From a virus (taxonomy: Duplodnaviria; Caudoviricetes), in the IMG/VR virus record IMGVR_UViG_3300038379_000092, positions 1 through 35,920 of that record: a DNA stretch of 35,920 bases; one strand, 5' to 3'. The notes beneath the pieces are model-generated. The model saw nothing but the letters and a program-made list of their open reading frames with translations, searched no databases and was not told where the DNA came from. Made by a program: the position numbers and the translations under genes. Below are positions 1 through 7,007 of this stretch, piece after piece. Position 1 is the first letter of the stretch; the number at the start of each line of letters is the position of its first letter.

Positions 1-438
1 GCCGTTGGGCAGAAGGCCGTCCTTGCCAATGGCGTGTGGTATAACGTTGGCAACAAGGCGAACTGCAAGCTCGCCGATTTCCAGAAGGGCGGCACCTACA
101 CGGTTGAGGTCGCCGACTCCGACTACAAGGGCAAGCAGTATCACTTCATCAACAAGCTCGTGACGACGCAAAGTGCCCTTGCCCAGTCCGCGCCCCCGAA
201 TCCCGGCGATCCGCAGCCCGCCGCTAGCCGGACGGAGAGCGGCAAGTCCTACGACTACAAACTGTCGGTCAAGGATTTGGTCATCATCCGGCAGAACGCC
301 ATGAGCAACGCGATGACCTCGCCCCTCATGGCATCCCTGGCCGCGACGGTGACGGACGGCGAGGCGGTTAAAACCCTCGTGGCGGAGTATGCCACCCTCA
401 GCGAGGAGTTCGTTCTTCGCGGGCTGGAAAGACCGTGA
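1..438 (+). CDS. 5'-truncated phage protein, possible ssDNA-binding protein
   Basis: Frame is open from base 1 (AVGQKAVLANGVWYNVG...). Beta-rich N-terminus, Pro/Ala linker and an IIRQNAM motif resemble putative SSBs of environmental phages. Function is inferred. Confidence 0.45.
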   Translation, partial: AVGQKAVLANGVWYNVGNKANCKLADFQKGGTYTVEVADSDYKGKQYHFINKLVTTQSALAQSAPPNPGDPQPAASRTESGKSYDYKLSVKDLVIIRQNAMSNAMTSPLMASLAATVTDGEAVKTLVAEYATLSEEFVLRGLERP

Positions 439-674
439 GCAAGATCGAAGACGGCGGCCTGGCGTTCCCGAACATCAGGACGGAGGCTATGCAGGGGTTC
501 TCCTACGAACATGGTTGCGGTGGGATCACGATCCAGGATGCATTTGCGATGGCGGCATTGAAAGGGATACTGGCTTACGCAGGTGCCGAAAATTGGACGC
601 TCCAAGATCGGGCCGGATTCTGTTACTCCCAGGCCGACGCCATGTTGAAGGAGAGGGAAAGGACTATCGGGTAA
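435..674 (+). CDS. conserved small phage protein (GxTxRDxFAxxA...ADAML family)
   Basis: GITIQDAFAMAALKGIL and YSQADAMLKERE match a widespread phage hypothetical pattern. GTGA overlap with the upstream stop. Confidence 0.75.
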   Translation: MSKIEDGGLAFPNIRTEAMQGFSYEHGCGGITIQDAFAMAALKGILAYAGAENWTLQDRAGFCYSQADAMLKERERTIG

Positions 675-730
675 TCTCAGCACCCTTCGCCGTAAGGCCC
701 TGATGGGCGGGCGCAAGCTGAGAAGTGAGC

Positions 731-771
731 CACGGACCCTTGGGTCCCACCTCCTATCCTGAGGGTCCGTG
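731..771 (+). ncRNA. 14-bp hairpin with anti-Shine-Dalgarno loop
   Basis: cacggacccttggg (731-744) pairs with cctgagggtccgtg (758-771), with two G-U pairs. Loop tcccacctcctat contains CACCTCCT. Confidence 0.55.
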
Positions 772-779
772 CAAACTAT

Positions 780-839
780 GTGGCCCGGAAGCCGCCGTGC
801 TTCCAAAGCGTCGGGGAGTCCACTCCGAGGGCCACACCA
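780..839 (+). ncRNA. truncated tRNA-like RNA ending in ACCA
   Basis: Acceptor-like stem gtggccc/gggccac plus A-CCA. Only two internal hairpins (ggaagc/gcttcc; tcgggg/ctccga). It ends 1 nt before the Ile-like tRNA. Confidence 0.6.
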
Positions 840-840
840 T

Positions 841-915
841 TTGGCGGTAGCTTGATCTAAAGCACCGGACTGATAAACCGGAGACGCAGGGTAAATAATC
901 TCTGTCCGCCAACCA
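841..915 (+). tRNA. non-canonical tRNA-Ile(GAU)-like
   Basis: ttggcgg/ccgccaa acceptor, U8-A9, D stem gctt/aagc, anticodon arm ccgg-a-ctGATaa-a-ccgg (GAT at 872-874), T-like arm gcaggg/ctctgt and encoded CCA. Lacks TTC in the T loop and GG in the D loop. Confidence 0.7.
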
Positions 916-928
916 TTTTTCGGATTAT

Positions 929-1072
929 CCCGTTGGGGGCATTGAGGGCGGTTCGTCACCAAAACGTACGGGTGGGGCGGGGTGGCACGGCGGAATTCCG
1001 CGACCTCTTACCAAGGGTTTCGACCACTTGGGAAGCGCATCATCCAACCGAGCGACCTGGAACCCCAACGGG
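929..1072 (+). ncRNA. putative ~144-nt structured RNA
   Basis: Perfect 10-bp closing helix cccgttgggg (929-938)/ccccaacggg (1063-1072). Internal hairpins gcggaattccgc and ccaagggt-ttcg-accacttgg. Followed by a T-run. Confidence 0.5.
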
Positions 1073-1080
1073 GCTTTTTA

Positions 1081-1227
1081 ATGACATCATGTAAATGTAA
1101 GGGCACCCGGCGTATCATCGTCCGTTACAAGCAAGGATGGGTTCTAAAGACCTGCGAGTGCGCCACAAAGAAGGATAGGATTCTGACGGAGGGTAAAACC
1201 TTCCGCCATCAAGGGGGAAGGAAATGA
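1081..1227 (+). CDS. small basic Cys-containing hypothetical protein
   Basis: MTSCKCKG...KTCEC, 48 aa. ATGA overlap with the next gene. Weak RBS. Confidence 0.45.
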   Translation: MTSCKCKGTRRIIVRYKQGWVLKTCECATKKDRILTEGKTFRHQGGRK

Positions 1228-1394
1228 AGCTACCCTGGATTCTGTTGATGTTGTCGGCGTTGGTGGCGATTTTCGGGATGCCGTTGGCCCTCATTTGGGC
1301 CGTTAACACGCTGTTCGGCCTGACCATCGCTTATACGTTTAAAACATGGCTGGCTACGGTTCTTCTGGCTGGTGTGTTCAAGGCGCATAAGTAA
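1224..1394 (+). CDS. small two-TM membrane protein, holin candidate (not in ORF track)
   Basis: MKLPWILLMLSALVAIFGMPLALIWAVNTLFGLTIAYTFKTWLATVLLAGVFKAHK, 56 aa, purine-rich RBS. Ends 4 nt before the lysozyme ATG. Confidence 0.7.
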   Translation: MKLPWILLMLSALVAIFGMPLALIWAVNTLFGLTIAYTFKTWLATVLLAGVFKAHK

Positions 1395-1398
1395 GGCC

Positions 1399-1851
1399 AT
1401 GAATCTGTCGCCAGCGGGCGAGAAGTTCATCGCCAACGAGGAAGGCATCCGCACCAAGTCCTACCTGGATCAAGTGGGGGTGTGGACCATCGGGGTTGGG
1501 CACACGGGGCCAGAAGTCGGCCCTGGACTCGTCTGGACCAAGGAGAAGGTGATGGAGGTGTTCCGGGCCGACATTGGACGCTTCGCGGTCGCCGTGACCA
1601 AGCTTGTTTCAGCGGCGCTCAAGCAACATGAGTTCGATGCTTTGGTGTCCTTGGCCTTCAACATCGGGACTGGCAACTTCGCGTCTTCGACCTTGCTTCG
1701 GAAACTGAACGGCGGGGACTACCGTGGGGCGGGGGAGCAGTTCCCCCGGTGGAACAAAGGCAAGGTGAAGGGCGTTCTGACTGAGTTGCCGGTCCTGACC
1801 GCTCGGCGCAGGCGGGAGCGGCGTTTGTTTGAGGAGGGCCGGTATGCGTGA
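1399..1851 (+). CDS. GH24 phage lysozyme (endolysin)
   Basis: EEG...YLDQVGVWTIGVGHTG catalytic E-D-T triad; FDALVSLAFNIG, SSTLLRKLN, RRRRERRLF. Start taken at ATG 1399. Confidence 0.95.
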   Translation: MNLSPAGEKFIANEEGIRTKSYLDQVGVWTIGVGHTGPEVGPGLVWTKEKVMEVFRADIGRFAVAVTKLVSAALKQHEFDALVSLAFNIGTGNFASSTLLRKLNGGDYRGAGEQFPRWNKGKVKGVLTELPVLTARRRRERRLFEEGRYA

Positions 1852-2089
1852 AAAGGAAAAACCAACGTCCCGCCCTTGGGGAGTAACTGGTCCGGGGAAA
1901 TACGACGAACACTCCATTACAGAGGCGGGCGGTAAAACTATCGCCTATCTTAGGAAGTTGACGGCGTTTCAAGAGGATAGAATGGATGTCGTTAATGGGG
2001 AACTGATTTGCGCCGCTGTTAACTCGTGGGACGATATTGAGGCGTTGCAAGGTAGAATTGACGCCTTAAAGTCTCGCTCGAAACGATAA
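1844..2089 (+). CDS. hypothetical phage protein (TxxPW...LIxAA family)
   Basis: RBS gaggaggg. PTSRPW N-terminus and NGELICAAVN motif. Confidence 0.7.
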   Translation: MREKEKPTSRPWGVTGPGKYDEHSITEAGGKTIAYLRKLTAFQEDRMDVVNGELICAAVNSWDDIEALQGRIDALKSRSKR

Positions 2090-2106
2090 AGGTACCACGT
2101 TATAAC
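2078..2106 (+). promoter_or_regulatory. candidate sigma70 promoter
   Basis: TCGAAA-17 nt-TATAAC upstream of the RNA ligase leader. Confidence 0.4.
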
Positions 2107-2215
2107 CGCCCCTGGATGACCTGGGGGAGCCTGGCCAGCCAAGCGTAGTCCGGTCGTCGGGGACCGTAGTGGGGATTAGTCACCCATACCCGGCGCTATT
2201 TGAGGAGGACCTACT

Positions 2216-3124
2216 ATGGCTGAGTTCAAAAGATACGTTGAGGTAGAACCTCTCCACAAGGAGGACGTAGAGGGCATCCTTTGCGGGCGAGTTTGGGTTT
2301 TTCCCAAGCTTGACGGGGCGAACTCCTCTATCTTTTTGGACGAAAAGGGGGTTGTGACCGGGGGTAGCCGTAACCGGGCCTTGGGGTCTGGGGCCAAAGA
2401 CAACCATGGGTTTCGGGAAGCATTTGTAAGCCCGAACCAGGGAATGTTGACGGCCTTCTTCAACAGTTTCCCAAATGTTAGGCGGGTCTATGGGGAGTGG
2501 TTGGTCCCCCACACGTTGAGAACTTATCGGGAAGACGCGTGGCGGAAATTCTATCTGTTCGACGTAGAAACGGATGAGGGGTTTCTGCCCTACGAGGAGT
2601 ATAGCTTGTTTTGTGCGGAGGCTGGTTTCAATGTAGTGCCCGCCCTCTCCTCTATTGAGAACCCCACTGAGGAGTATTTGCGCGGGTTCCTAGAGCGGAA
2701 CACGTTTCTGATCGAAGACGGCAAAGGCTACGGCGAGGGTGTTGTTGTAAAAAACTATGGGTTCAGAAACAAGTTTGGCCATAGAGTTTGGGGAAAAATT
2801 GTCCGCAACGAGTTCAAGGAGCAGATGCTTGGCGCATGGCCTACTCCCGAGGCCGCGCTCAAGGTGTCCCCGGAGGCGGAGATTGCACTAAATTGTGTCA
2901 CGGCGGGGCGGCTAGACAAAATCATAGCCAAGATACCCGAGGAAGAACGGGCGGATCGCAAGACCTTCGTTCCCCGTCTTTTGAACACGGCGTACCATGA
3001 GGTAGTGACCGAGGAACTTTGGGACGAATTGAAGCGGCTACGAAACCCCGTCATTGACTTCAAGGCCCTACAGGGCCGAGTTTTTGCGCGGGTCAAAGAA
3101 TTGAGGAAAGAGGTGTTCGCGTGA
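2216..3124 (+). CDS. ATP-dependent RNA ligase, Rnl2-like
   Basis: Nucleotidyltransferase motifs KLDGAN (I), SRNR (Ia), YGEW (III), FYLFDV (IIIa), EGVVVK (IV), GKIV (V). Helical C-terminal domain, no obvious OB-fold. RBS gaggagg. Confidence 0.85.
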   Translation: MAEFKRYVEVEPLHKEDVEGILCGRVWVFPKLDGANSSIFLDEKGVVTGGSRNRALGSGAKDNHGFREAFVSPNQGMLTAFFNSFPNVRRVYGEWLVPHTLRTYREDAWRKFYLFDVETDEGFLPYEEYSLFCAEAGFNVVPALSSIENPTEEYLRGFLERNTFLIEDGKGYGEGVVVKNYGFRNKFGHRVWGKIVRNEFKEQMLGAWPTPEAALKVSPEAEIALNCVTAGRLDKIIAKIPEEERADRKTFVPRLLNTAYHEVVTEELWDELKRLRNPVIDFKALQGRVFARVKELRKEVFA

Positions 3125-3798
3125 CAGAAGCCGTTAGTGAAGTTGTTACTACCTTCACCGGGGACCGGCTTCTTTACAATCCCGTTACACACAAGTATCG
3201 GACCTTGGACGGCAAGAAGCTCCTGAGCGGGAGCGCCTACGCCGAGCATTTCGCGGAGCCGTTCGACCGTCCGAAGTGGTTGAAAAAAACCGCCAAGAAG
3301 CTCAAGGCCGCAGGATACGCGGGGGCTACGGAGGAGTTCGTCGGTGCGGCCTGGGACTTGCGGGGGGACTTGTCCCGGACTTTTGGGACGAGCTTGCACA
3401 AGGCGATGGAGTGTTGGTTCAAGTTCAACACCATCGGCTACGGTGTCCCGAAACACCCGTTCCTAAAGGAGATGGTTGAAAGCTTTCCGCTGCGCGGATC
3501 GGCGGTCCATCCCGAGATCATGGTCAGCGATCTCAAGCGGGGGATGGTGGGGCAGATAGACGGCCTTGAGGAGCGGGCGGCCAAGACCGGCGCAATTCTC
3601 GACTACAAATCCGACGCCGAGGTTGGGAAAAACCTCGTGAAGCACTACAACCAGTTGAGCTTCTACGCTCACATCTTGATGGCCCACGGTTGGGACATTG
3701 AGGAGGTTCAAGTTTGGAACCACTGTAACGGATGGGAGATGTATTCGTCCCCTGTCCTGCCACTCAAAGAGGAGTTTTTGATTGAACCAAATCCTTGA
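3121..3798 (+). CDS. PD-(D/E)XK (Cas4-like) exonuclease
   Basis: GTSLHKAME, PEIMV, GQIDGL, ILDYKS and QLSFYA motifs. Confidence 0.85.
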   Translation: MTEAVSEVVTTFTGDRLLYNPVTHKYRTLDGKKLLSGSAYAEHFAEPFDRPKWLKKTAKKLKAAGYAGATEEFVGAAWDLRGDLSRTFGTSLHKAMECWFKFNTIGYGVPKHPFLKEMVESFPLRGSAVHPEIMVSDLKRGMVGQIDGLEERAAKTGAILDYKSDAEVGKNLVKHYNQLSFYAHILMAHGWDIEEVQVWNHCNGWEMYSSPVLPLKEEFLIEPNP

Positions 3799-5287
3799 CC
3801 ATGCGTTGCGCTACGCCAAGAAGGGTTGGTCCGTCATCCCTCTCGTGGCCGGGACCAAGAGGCCGAGCCTCGCGTCTTGGCAAGAGTTTCAGACTCGGCT
3901 AGCGACAACCGACGAAATCAGAGGGTGGTTCGCCGATGGCAACGCCAACATCGGCGTAGTGACGGGGGCGATCTCCGGCCTTGTGGTTGTGGATTTGGAC
4001 GGACAGGAGGGAATGGATGAAGCAAACAAAATCGGTCTTAGAAGCAACGTCGTGGCTGTCACGGGCGGCGGAGGGCGTCATCTCCTTTTTAGGCACCCTG
4101 GGGTTCCGGTTAAGAACGCGGTTCGGCGTTATCCTGGTGTGGATGTCCGGGCTGACGCGGGCTATATCGTGGCTCCGCCGAGTCGCCATGACTCCGGGAA
4201 CCTCTACAAGTGGCAGGGCGGCTTTGACGGCCCGCTCCCACCGTTGCCTAGCGCCCTTTTCGACGCATCAGGATGTGGAGTGGGCAAAGGAAATCCTCCG
4301 GGATGGATTGGCGAGACCCTAACCCAACTCCGCCCCGGTTATCGGGACGACCCTATCACGCGGATCGTTGGGAGGCTACACCGCGACGGCTGGCAGCCGG
4401 GCGACATTTACGCCTTGCTGTCCATCCACCCGGAGGTGGTCGCTCACGGTTTGGACCAGTTGGACAGGATCGTCTCCTCCATCACTGCCAAGCCTCGCGG
4501 CGGGCCTGCGGCGGGGGGAATGACCTCGGTGGAGAAGTTGCTGGCCACCCCCAAGGTGGACTGGTTGCTCCGGGGTTCTATCCCGCGCAAGACGACCACT
4601 CTGATTGGCGGTATGCCTGGGGTGGGCAAGTCGTGGCTGTTGCTGGATACGGCATTGGAACTGACGCGGCCCCGAGCCAACACCGTGTTCGGGGTGGGAC
4701 AAGGCGCTCAGAAGGTGCTTTACGTGGACGAGGAAAATGGCGAGAACCTGCTCGCGGATCGGCTCCGTCTTCTACTTCCTGGCAAACCGGACTGCGATCT
4801 GGCTAGCCTCAAGCTGGCCGTGGATCAACACGTTTCTCTCAGTGACCCTGCCGGTTATACCCGGTTTGTTAGCTTCGTTCGGGATATAAAACCGGACGCC
4901 ATCTTTGTGGACTCGTTGGTGCAAATTCACAACGCCGACGAGAACAACGCCATCGCCATGACCGAGGTGATGAACAAGCTGAAAGCGGTGCGGGATGAGT
5001 TTGGTTGCACCATTTTTGCGTTGCATCACGAGGGGAAGGGCGTGTATGCCAAGGAGAAGGAAAATCAAGAGCCTACATCCGGCGATCTACGTGGATCGAA
5101 CGCAATCTCCGCCTCAGTGGAGACGGTTTTCACGTTGCGGCGGCGTGAGGGGCTGTTGTCGCTCTATCACACAAAGGCCCGTTTCGCGGAGGCTTTGGCC
5201 CCTCGGATTCTAACGTTGGACAGTTCAGCGGGGCACATGCGGTTGCGCCTAGAGGAGGAGCCACATGAAAGTGTTAGTGGCGTGTGA
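3782..5287 (+). CDS. bifunctional primase/polymerase fused to RepA-like (AAA_25) helicase
   Basis: Prim-Pol motifs GWSVIPL, NIGVVTG, VVVDLD, TGGGGRH, YIVAPPS. Walker A GMPGVGKS, LYVDEEN, IFVDSL, LHHEGK, RGSNAI. Confidence 0.92.
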   Translation: MNQILDHALRYAKKGWSVIPLVAGTKRPSLASWQEFQTRLATTDEIRGWFADGNANIGVVTGAISGLVVVDLDGQEGMDEANKIGLRSNVVAVTGGGGRHLLFRHPGVPVKNAVRRYPGVDVRADAGYIVAPPSRHDSGNLYKWQGGFDGPLPPLPSALFDASGCGVGKGNPPGWIGETLTQLRPGYRDDPITRIVGRLHRDGWQPGDIYALLSIHPEVVAHGLDQLDRIVSSITAKPRGGPAAGGMTSVEKLLATPKVDWLLRGSIPRKTTTLIGGMPGVGKSWLLLDTALELTRPRANTVFGVGQGAQKVLYVDEENGENLLADRLRLLLPGKPDCDLASLKLAVDQHVSLSDPAGYTRFVSFVRDIKPDAIFVDSLVQIHNADENNAIAMTEVMNKLKAVRDEFGCTIFALHHEGKGVYAKEKENQEPTSGDLRGSNAISASVETVFTLRRREGLLSLYHTKARFAEALAPRILTLDSSAGHMRLRLEEEPHESVSGV

Positions 5288-5885
5288 GTTTTCGGGGAGA
5301 GTTCGAGACGCTTTCCTCGCCAAAGGGCACGAGGCGGTCAGTTGCGACATTCTCCCGAGCGAAGCCCCTGGCCCGCACATTCAGGGCGACGTTTTGCCCC
5401 TCTTGGCGCGAGGGTGGGATTTGCTCGTAGCCCATCCTCCTTGCACCTACCTTTCTTTCGCCGCCATGCGTGTTTGGAACAAGCCCGGGCGGGCTGAAAA
5501 GCGGGACGAGGCCGCACGGTTCTTTATGGCGCTTATGAATGCCCCCATTCCACGTATTTGTGTTGAAAATCCTCTGGGGGAGATGGGGAGACGGTATCGA
5601 AAGCCGGATCAAATTGTGCATCCTTACTACTTCGGTGATCCGTTTCAAAAGCGGACGTGTTTCTGGTTGAAAAATCTTCCGCTACTTGTGCCAACCCATA
5701 TGCTCCCTAAGCCCGAGCCTTTGTATATTTGCCAAGGGGCGAAAAGCAAAGGAAAAGCGATTGGATGGTGCGAGGGTATGAGGGGCCAAGGTAATCGCGC
5801 CCACGCACGGAGCCGAACGTTTCCTGGGATTGCTACCGCGATGGCGGATCAGTGGGGGAACAATGGTCAAAGTTTACTTAGCTAA
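5265..5885 (+). CDS. phage DNA cytosine-C5 methyltransferase-like protein
   Basis: VLVACEFSG SAM-binding-like start, HPPCTYL catalytic PC, VENP, RSRTFPGIAxAMADQWG. Confidence 0.8.
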   Translation: MKVLVACEFSGRVRDAFLAKGHEAVSCDILPSEAPGPHIQGDVLPLLARGWDLLVAHPPCTYLSFAAMRVWNKPGRAEKRDEAARFFMALMNAPIPRICVENPLGEMGRRYRKPDQIVHPYYFGDPFQKRTCFWLKNLPLLVPTHMLPKPEPLYICQGAKSKGKAIGWCEGMRGQGNRAHARSRTFPGIATAMADQWGNNGQSLLS

Positions 5886-6369
5886 GGCAATGTCCGGTAG
5901 GACCGGGGCTGAATTGGTTCGGGAGGCGAAGTTGGCGCAGAAACTCTGCCCGGCCACCATCGAGCTTTTCGACCCGGTTGTGATCGAAGGGATTAAGGTC
6001 ACCCGAAAGCCGGTTGGGGCGGGTCTTCTCCCGGAGGTATTGTCCCGGCACTGGGAGCGCGACAAGCAAGCGATTCGAGCGGCCCACGTCGTTTTCGACA
6101 TGACCGGCTCGGCCAAGAGCGAAGGAGTGACCCATGAGATCGGCTACGCCCGCTACTGCCTCTGGAAGCCGGTTGTCCGTTTGTGGCCGGACCTTGGGAC
6201 GAGTATCGCCCGCTTGGAGGACGATTCCATTGTGGCTACTTTGGAAGACGGATTCCGGGAGATCGAGTCCAGGTGGGGCACCCGCGCAAAACGGTTTCTT
6301 TGGCGGGCCAAGATGCTCAACCGTTCCCTCCCCCGTTGGGTGGGACATCAGGTAGGGGAATGGAAATGA
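5863..6369 (+). CDS. nucleoside 2-deoxyribosyltransferase / N-glycosidase-like protein
   Basis: KVYLA...FDP...RDKQAIRAAHVV...SEGVTHEIGYA...KPVV, the NDT/Rcl pattern with catalytic Glu. Confidence 0.75.
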   Translation: MVKVYLAKAMSGRTGAELVREAKLAQKLCPATIELFDPVVIEGIKVTRKPVGAGLLPEVLSRHWERDKQAIRAAHVVFDMTGSAKSEGVTHEIGYARYCLWKPVVRLWPDLGTSIARLEDDSIVATLEDGFREIESRWGTRAKRFLWRAKMLNRSLPRWVGHQVGEWK

Positions 6370-6617
6370 AGTGCCCGTTGGTTTTGGTTGAGTGGGAGGA
6401 TGCTTTTTCAACCGACGAGTGGACGGACCTGGACCAGCTTGAACGGGGCTGTCTTTCGTGTGTCACGGTTGGGTTTTTGGTCCACCGCTCCAAGAAGACC
6501 CTGATCGTGGCGGGGACAGTCAGCAAAGACGGCCAGGGTTGCTGTGTTATGCATATTCCCGCCCGATGGGTTAAGAGAGTTCAGAAGTTGCCAGGAGGAG
6601 GGGAGTATGTCGGCTGA
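6366..6617 (+). CDS. conserved phage hypothetical protein (VxWxDA family)
   Basis: LVLVEWEDA...TVGFLV...IPARWV. ATGA coupling. Confidence 0.8.
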   Translation: MKCPLVLVEWEDAFSTDEWTDLDQLERGCLSCVTVGFLVHRSKKTLIVAGTVSKDGQGCCVMHIPARWVKRVQKLPGGGEYVG

Positions 6618-6894
6618 GCAGACGATCTACAAGTTTTTCGTGTCGTTCGAGGGCGGGCAGAACTGCGTCGTGACGATGAACCACCCTCAATGGATGGTCA
6701 TGCGGTCGCGGGGCAAGTTCTTCGGCCTGCGGGCCGGGACGCCCGAGTATTCCGCCCTGGTCATGGGGATGGTGCGGGAGGGGCTTTGCACTGGTGTGCG
6801 GATGACTCACCAAACCAAGGAGCAAGTGTTGGGCAGCCTCAAGGCGAACTACCCGGACATGACGACCATGCAGGCGAACGGGAGTTTCGAGTGA
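6607..6894 (+). CDS. hypothetical protein
   Basis: RBS ggaggggg, GC3-rich codons, coupled to neighbours. Confidence 0.7.
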   Translation: MSAEQTIYKFFVSFEGGQNCVVTMNHPQWMVMRSRGKFFGLRAGTPEYSALVMGMVREGLCTGVRMTHQTKEQVLGSLKANYPDMTTMQANGSFE

Positions 6895-7007
6895 ATACCA
6901 CGCGGTGTCCAAACGACGCGACGACGTTGGCGGGTAACTGTGTGCCGTGTGTGTTTGGTACCACGGATCACGGTTGGTTCTGCCCTTCTCATGGAGGATT
7001 CGAGCGA

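Noticed and set aside
699-716. Hammerhead ribozyme (ctgatg...)
   Set aside because: Reads CUGAUGG rather than CUGANGA, and no GAAA core follows.
255-962. 235-aa minus-strand ORF across the RNA cassette
   Set aside because: Antisense to two coupled + genes and the tRNA-like elements; Pro/Arg-rich shadow composition with no motifs.
982-1080. N-terminal extension of ORF 982-1227
   Set aside because: Lies within the 929-1072 fold; ATG 1081 just after the T-run is the more plausible start.
3121-3798. Cas4 / CRISPR system
   Set aside because: Standalone phage PD-(D/E)XK nuclease without the Fe-S cysteine set; no repeat-spacer array or other cas genes seen.
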